This document shows, in pieces, positions 59,379-64,000 of a stretch of DNA of 64,000 bases. The notes under the pieces were generated by a model. It saw nothing but the letters and a program-made list of their open reading frames with translations. It made no database searches and was not told the DNA's origin. The translations under genes and the position numbers were made by a program. This DNA comes from a virus: the IMG/VR virus record IMGVR_UViG_3300022407_006288, positions 1 through 64,000 of that record; one strand, given 5' to 3'. How positions within the stretch are numbered: the first letter of the stretch is position 1; each line of letters starts with the position of its first letter.

Positions 59379-61463
59379 ATGTCAGTAACAATAAATGCCA
59401 AAGGCACAAGCACGCCGTATTTCAAGATCGGCAAAGGCGGTACTACTCTTTTTCAAGGGAGTATTGATCCTAGAACATTATATGAGCCGGTTGACGGCGA
59501 TATGTGGATTAATAATGATACGAATTCACTTAGCATCAAAAGTGCCAATAACTGGATTGCTCCCGTATTAGGCGTCACAAATCCTTTAATATTTCCAGCC
59601 AGTTCAGGCGATAGTGGACAAGTTTTGTCCACAGACGGGCAAGGTAATCTAACCTGGATATCATCATCGGGAAGCGGAACAGTAACATCCGCATCAGTAG
59701 TTTCTGCTAATGGCTTTGCTGGTACTGTTGCCAATTCAACAACTACTCCCGCAATTACTATTTCAACATCTGTAACAGGGCTAGTTAAAGGTAATGGTAC
59801 TGCTATATCTGCTGCCTTGGCAGGAACAGATTATTCAACAGGTACTGCATCATTAGATACTGGTATATTAAAAACAACCACCAGTACTGGAAATTTAACC
59901 ATTGCAGTAGCAAGTGATTTCCCCACATTAAACCAAAATACAACCGGTACTGCCAATAACGTTACAGGTATTGTATCAACGGATCATGGTGGCACTGGAC
60001 TAACATCATTTGTTGCTAACAGAATATTTTATGCAGGAGATGCAAATACAGTTTCTCAAAGTGCTGGACTTACATATAATGGTGCAAATACACTAGTCAT
60101 TGGATCATCGGGCAATGCTACAGTCTTTGCTGGCGCCGGAGAAGCATTACGTCTGGGCAGCAACAGTGGTAATAACATTATTGTATTAGGTGCTGCGGGA
60201 GATTTATCCTTTGCCAGTAGTGTAGGCACAGCCGGACAGGTATTGACATCACAGGGTGCAAATACATCACCTACTTGGACAACAATAACAAGTGGAGTAT
60301 CAAGTTTTAGTGGTAACAGCACTGGACTAACACCAAATACTGCAACAACCGGGGCTATTGTACTTGATGGCACACTAAACATATCACACGGTGGAACTGG
60401 TGCTATCACTGCCAACGAAGCATTTAATAATCTTGTACCATCACAAGTTACAAACAACGGAAAATACTTGACAACTGATGGCGCTAACACATCTTGGTCA
60501 ACTGTTACCGCCGGTACACTGACTGGTACAACACTAAATGCAACTGTAGTTAATTCATCACTTACCAGTGTTGGCACTGTCACCGCCGGTACCTGGTCGG
60601 GGCTGTTTGGTGCAGTGAGTGGTGCCAACCTAACCAATATAACAGCAGCCAATTTAAGCGGCACAATTCCAAGTGCTACATTAGGTAATAGTACACTTTA
60701 CATTGGTACAACAGCAGTTACCCTAAATAGAGCAAGTGCCAATCAAGGCCTAACTGGTATTACCAGTGTTGCCATGCCTGGTGCAACAAGTGGTACAATC
60801 ACATTAACACCGGCAGCAACTGCGGGTACTACTGCTATTACAATTCCTGCGACAGCGGGTACATTGGTTACAACGGGTGATACAGGCACGGTTACAAACG
60901 CAATGTTGGCCGGGTCTATTGCCAATGCCAATTTGGCAAACAGTTCTGTAACAGTCAATGGAACAGCAATTTCACTTGGCTCAAGCGGCACAGTAACTGC
61001 CGCAGCAGGTACATTAACTGGTGCTACCCTAGCTTCCGGAGTAACAGCATCTAGCTTGACCAGTATTGGAACATTATCAAGTCTTACTGTAAGTGGTACA
61101 ACATCATTGACCGGCGCAACTACGTTTGTTGGAAGTGCTGCAACTACACCAGCTGCAGTCGCTTTTAGTGCTACAGCAATGACGATTCCATGCGCAAGTT
61201 CAAACGTATTCACAACAACATTTACTGCCAACGTCACTGTTGCACCGGCATTCTCAAACTTAAAAGACGGACAAACTATCAACTGGTTTATTACACAAGA
61301 TGCTACAGGTTCAAGAACAATGACATGGCCATCCAGCTTCAAGTGGCCGGGAGGTTCAGCAGGTGTATTAAGTACCGCAGCCAACTCAGTTGATTTACTA
61401 GTTGCTACATATAGATCGGCAACTGGGTTTTGGTATGCAACACTATCAAAGGGATTTGCATAA
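59379..61463 (+). CDS. Long tail fibre protein
   Basis: T/G/S/A-rich, shares modules with the 8415, 10469 and 54640 ORFs; C-terminal TWPSSFKWPGG...ANSVDLL domain. Confidence 0.82.
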   Translation: MSVTINAKGTSTPYFKIGKGGTTLFQGSIDPRTLYEPVDGDMWINNDTNSLSIKSANNWIAPVLGVTNPLIFPASSGDSGQVLSTDGQGNLTWISSSGSGTVTSASVVSANGFAGTVANSTTTPAITISTSVTGLVKGNGTAISAALAGTDYSTGTASLDTGILKTTTSTGNLTIAVASDFPTLNQNTTGTANNVTGIVSTDHGGTGLTSFVANRIFYAGDANTVSQSAGLTYNGANTLVIGSSGNATVFAGAGEALRLGSNSGNNIIVLGAAGDLSFASSVGTAGQVLTSQGANTSPTWTTITSGVSSFSGNSTGLTPNTATTGAIVLDGTLNISHGGTGAITANEAFNNLVPSQVTNNGKYLTTDGANTSWSTVTAGTLTGTTLNATVVNSSLTSVGTVTAGTWSGLFGAVSGANLTNITAANLSGTIPSATLGNSTLYIGTTAVTLNRASANQGLTGITSVAMPGATSGTITLTPAATAGTTAITIPATAGTLVTTGDTGTVTNAMLAGSIANANLANSSVTVNGTAISLGSSGTVTAAAGTLTGATLASGVTASSLTSIGTLSSLTVSGTTSLTGATTFVGSAATTPAAVAFSATAMTIPCASSNVFTTTFTANVTVAPAFSNLKDGQTINWFITQDATGSRTMTWPSSFKWPGGSAGVLSTAANSVDLLVATYRSATGFWYATLSKGFA

Positions 61464-62470
61464 TGTCTTTTGCTGCAAGAAATGCACCTTTCCCTGCTGT
61501 GGCTCCTACTAGATCCACTGTTACTTATGTGGTCAGCGCAAATGCTGACAGACAGGTCATTACACTAGGCTCAACTGCTCCTACCACCGGTACATATGTA
61601 GCAGGGCTATCTAACGTAACTGTAACAATCAATAGCAGTGTATATGTTTATTCAACAGTACGAACTACTCCGGCACTAACTATTGCAGGGGGTTCTGCTG
61701 GTGACACGATGGTTATCAACAATAATGGTTACATCCTTGGATGCGGCGGCGGTGGCGGCGGCGCCAATGACGGGTCTATATCTAGTGGTAGTAATGGTGG
61801 CAACGGGCTGTCAATAACTGCTACAGTTACAGGAGCCATTACACTTAACAACAATTCGGGCGCGTATATTGCCGGCGGCGGCGGCGGTGGCGGCGGCGCT
61901 TCTGGTTCTACTACATCCCCAACAGTTGGAGGCGGCGGCGGCGGCGGCGGCGCCGGCGGCGGTACTGGCGGTCCAGCTTCTGCTACATTTAGTACAGGCT
62001 TTACTGCTGTTTCGGGCGGCAGCGCCGGCGGATTAGGGGCGGTTGGTGGTACTGGCGGGTTTGCTGGAGATCCTAACGGTAACACTGCTAGAAATATCTA
62101 TGGCGGAGGCGGCGGCGGCAGGCGGCCTACTAACGCAACAGGTGGTGCAACTGCTCCCACTAGATCAACCGGCGGTGTAGGTGGTGGCGCAGGTGGAGGA
62201 GGCTCGTCGGGTCTGTATAATACTACTGCATCTAATATTTTTGCTGGTGGTGGCGGCGGTTTTGGTGCAGCTGGCGCACAAGGTGGTACTACAGGAACAA
62301 CAGCACCCGGTAGCGCCACAGGCGGGTCAAACAACAGCAATGCCACTGCTTCTACAGGAACCTTATCAGCACAAACCAGTGGTGGTACAGGCGGGTATTC
62401 AATTACCAAAGGCGGAAAAACTGTTAGTGTCGGCGGTGCAGGAACAATTTGGGGGAGTCAGTTAGCATGA
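61463..62470 (+). CDS. Glycine-rich receptor-binding adhesin, T-even gp38-like
   Basis: INNNGYILGCGGGGGG...LNNNSGAYIAGGGGGGG and further poly-Gly motifs separated by variable segments; directly after fibre (TAATG overlap). Confidence 0.7.
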   Translation: MSFAARNAPFPAVAPTRSTVTYVVSANADRQVITLGSTAPTTGTYVAGLSNVTVTINSSVYVYSTVRTTPALTIAGGSAGDTMVINNNGYILGCGGGGGGANDGSISSGSNGGNGLSITATVTGAITLNNNSGAYIAGGGGGGGGASGSTTSPTVGGGGGGGGAGGGTGGPASATFSTGFTAVSGGSAGGLGAVGGTGGFAGDPNGNTARNIYGGGGGGRRPTNATGGATAPTRSTGGVGGGAGGGGSSGLYNTTASNIFAGGGGGFGAAGAQGGTTGTTAPGSATGGSNNSNATASTGTLSAQTSGGTGGYSITKGGKTVSVGGAGTIWGSQLA

Positions 62471-63093
62471 ATGTTACAAGAGAGCTTTTAGTGCATTTGG
62501 GGGCGTGTCAAGAAGCCATGGATTGGTTTGACACGCAGAGTATTCACGGACTATCTCGCCTTGCATTTATACGTGCCTTAAAAGACCGGGACTGCCCGTC
62601 TTATTATGCAGACTGGGCAGCATCCAAGGAAGGCCTATTTTCAGCAGCAGCAGTAGAGTTTGCAGGAACAGGTGTGCGTCTCAATATATGGCGAGTGCAA
62701 GGAGAAGGTATTGACGGTACTGTTGAATACACAGACTTGGCTATAATTAAGTCATTGATTGATGCACAAGTAGAACCAAAAATTACTGCGGAAGCAGACC
62801 ATTTTCATGTTTATGCTCAATACCTACATAATGGCGGTTATATCTCAATACCGTGTGATCTTGATTCTGATATAGCCCCCGAAGCCATACACTATGTTTC
62901 ATCTAATATGTTCACAGGTGTTTATGAGCAGTTTGATAATTTCCCGGACGCAAAACATCGCTGCTTGGAGATCAAACAGCAGCGACGTGATCAATACGCT
63001 TCTACATATCATGTGTTGCAAAAGATTGAAGAAACAGGCAGCAGTGAAGGCGAGATTGGTGAACTACTGGTTTACACAGGCGTAACCCTTTGA
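62467..63093 (+). CDS. Hypothetical protein after adhesin (possible fibre assembly factor)
   Basis: ATGA overlap; L..LGAC.E..DWF N-terminal motif. Confidence 0.6.
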   Translation: MNVTRELLVHLGACQEAMDWFDTQSIHGLSRLAFIRALKDRDCPSYYADWAASKEGLFSAAAVEFAGTGVRLNIWRVQGEGIDGTVEYTDLAIIKSLIDAQVEPKITAEADHFHVYAQYLHNGGYISIPCDLDSDIAPEAIHYVSSNMFTGVYEQFDNFPDAKHRCLEIKQQRRDQYASTYHVLQKIEETGSSEGEIGELLVYTGVTL

Positions 63094-63099
63094 GATCTT

Positions 63100-63107
63100 G
63101 ATAAATA
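63100..63107 (+). promoter_or_regulatory. Late promoter GATAAATA
   Basis: Upstream of 63172 ORF. Confidence 0.55.
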
Positions 63108-63171
63108 GGTTGATCAAACGTGTTGCTGCTATTTTTATAATGTGTTTCTAAATAAATTTATAAGGAATACT

Positions 63172-63504
63172 ATGCTTTATTTAACAATATACACTGACTT
63201 AATGCCTGATCGGTTTAGCGGATATACAATAGGTCCTTTTATTCTTATTAGGCCTAAATATCGCCACGATCAAGGCTTACTTGAACACGAAAAGATACAT
63301 GTTAGGCAATTTTGGCGCAGTTTTGGTTTATTTGGTGTTGCATACTATCTATCTAAAAAGAAAAGATTTGAGTACGAAGTAGAAGCATATCGTGAACAAC
63401 TCAAGTATTCATCCGGACTAGAACAAAAGTTTGCTCGATTTCTAACCAACAACTACAACTTAGATATTACAGAATATGAAGCCTTGCAGGAATTGATAAG
63501 ATAA
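63172..63504 (+). CDS. Small HExxH metallopeptidase-like protein
   Basis: TIGPFILI...LLEHEKIHVRQ...FEYEVEAY; start at 63172 by AAGGA RBS. Confidence 0.7.
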   Translation: MLYLTIYTDLMPDRFSGYTIGPFILIRPKYRHDQGLLEHEKIHVRQFWRSFGLFGVAYYLSKKKRFEYEVEAYREQLKYSSGLEQKFARFLTNNYNLDITEYEALQELIR

Positions 63505-63631
63505 CAACTTATTATTACCTATCTTTACTATTATTGCAATTAATAATGGTAAATACTTGTACAGTAAGCAATATATTGGGCCTTAAGAAGATAACTTAAC
63601 TGACTTGGCAGATCACTATCACTTGTTACAC

Positions 63632-63667
63632 TTACTGCACAATTAAATTGTGACTATTTTGCAGTAA
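63632..63667. repeat. Intergenic nested inverted repeat
   Basis: TTACTGC...GCAGTAA enclosing CACAATT-A-AATTGTG. Confidence 0.55.
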
Positions 63668-63765
63668 TCACAATATCTAGTTCGATATAAATTCGTGTTC
63701 TGTAATGGAGATCGGTTTTATTGATTGATATTTTTAAATATATAACTAATTTTAAATAAAATTCA

Positions 63766-64000
63766 ATGGAATTAATAGGCTGGATTGGAAGTGCATTGCT
63801 TGCTTTGTGCGGTGTGCCATTAGCATGGCAAACTATCAAACAAAAACATGCTCGCTATATGTCAAATACATTTTTGGCCATGTGGTTAATTGGCGAAATA
63901 TTGACCTTTGCCTATATTTTACCTAAAAGGGATTACCCTTTACTGCTAAATTACAGTCTAAACATTGTGTGTCTTATGATTGTGGTTAGGTATAAATTTA
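63766..64000 (+). CDS. PQ-loop/SemiSWEET-like small membrane protein (3' end beyond window)
   Basis: MELIGWIGSALLALCGVPLAWQTIK...S..FL.MW..GE......PLL.NY..N three-helix pattern; no stop before 64000. Confidence 0.7.
   Translation, partial: MELIGWIGSALLALCGVPLAWQTIKQKHARYMSNTFLAMWLIGEILTFAYILPKRDYPLLLNYSLNIVCLMIVVRYKF

Noticed and set aside
54795-62409. Long antisense ORFs over fibre and adhesin genes (54795-55631, 60056-60664, 60743-61384, 61729-62409; likewise 9346-9684, 11199-11612)
   Set aside because: Expected stop-poor antisense frames of T/G/A/S-rich fibre genes; they are P/V/A-rich with no independent signals.
1-64000. Stop-codon reassignment
   Set aside because: Long genes are uninterrupted in code 11, and TAG (880, 46029) and TGA (5341, 6734, 38826, 62470, 63093) serve as normal stops at tight gene junctions.
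1-64000. tRNA genes, CRISPR array, diversity-generating retroelement
   Set aside because: I found no cloverleaf with a T-loop and CCA in intergenic DNA, no regularly spaced repeats with unique spacers, and no reverse transcriptase or adenine-specific TR/VR pair. The fibre repeats differ at mixed bases.

Overview
A 64-kb segment of a large T4-like (myovirus, probably jumbo) phage genome read in the standard genetic code. From left to right it contains: (1) an early, sigma70-promoter-driven block of host-derived central-metabolism genes (3' part of gltD, iscS, glyA and an orphan sdhA, all Betaproteobacteria/Burkholderiales-like by my recognition), followed by small phage ORFs; (2) a long minus-strand late block with an Ntn-hydrolase, tail fibres, a 3383-aa structural protein and gp6/gp25/gp5/gp53/gp48-like baseplate genes plus an M15 peptidase; (3) gp55-like late sigma factor, gp47/gp46, a possible HNH protein, a resolvase and a GH108 endolysin; (4) a ~680-bp non-coding region with short repeats, a densely base-paired candidate ncRNA and origin-like hairpins; (5) a gp26-like tail/baseplate assembly gene with an apparent -1 frameshift extension, the tape measure gene, portal, scaffold, protease and major capsid genes; (6) a terminator-flanked cassette with a secreted alpha-carbonic anhydrase; (7) neck/tail-completion genes (gp15 is out of frame at a T7 run), and a tail fibre plus gp38-like glycine-rich adhesin. 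A GATAAATA late-promoter motif precedes nearly every structural operon. I saw no tRNA, CRISPR array, integrase or reverse transcriptase. All family calls come from motif recognition by eye, not database searches.
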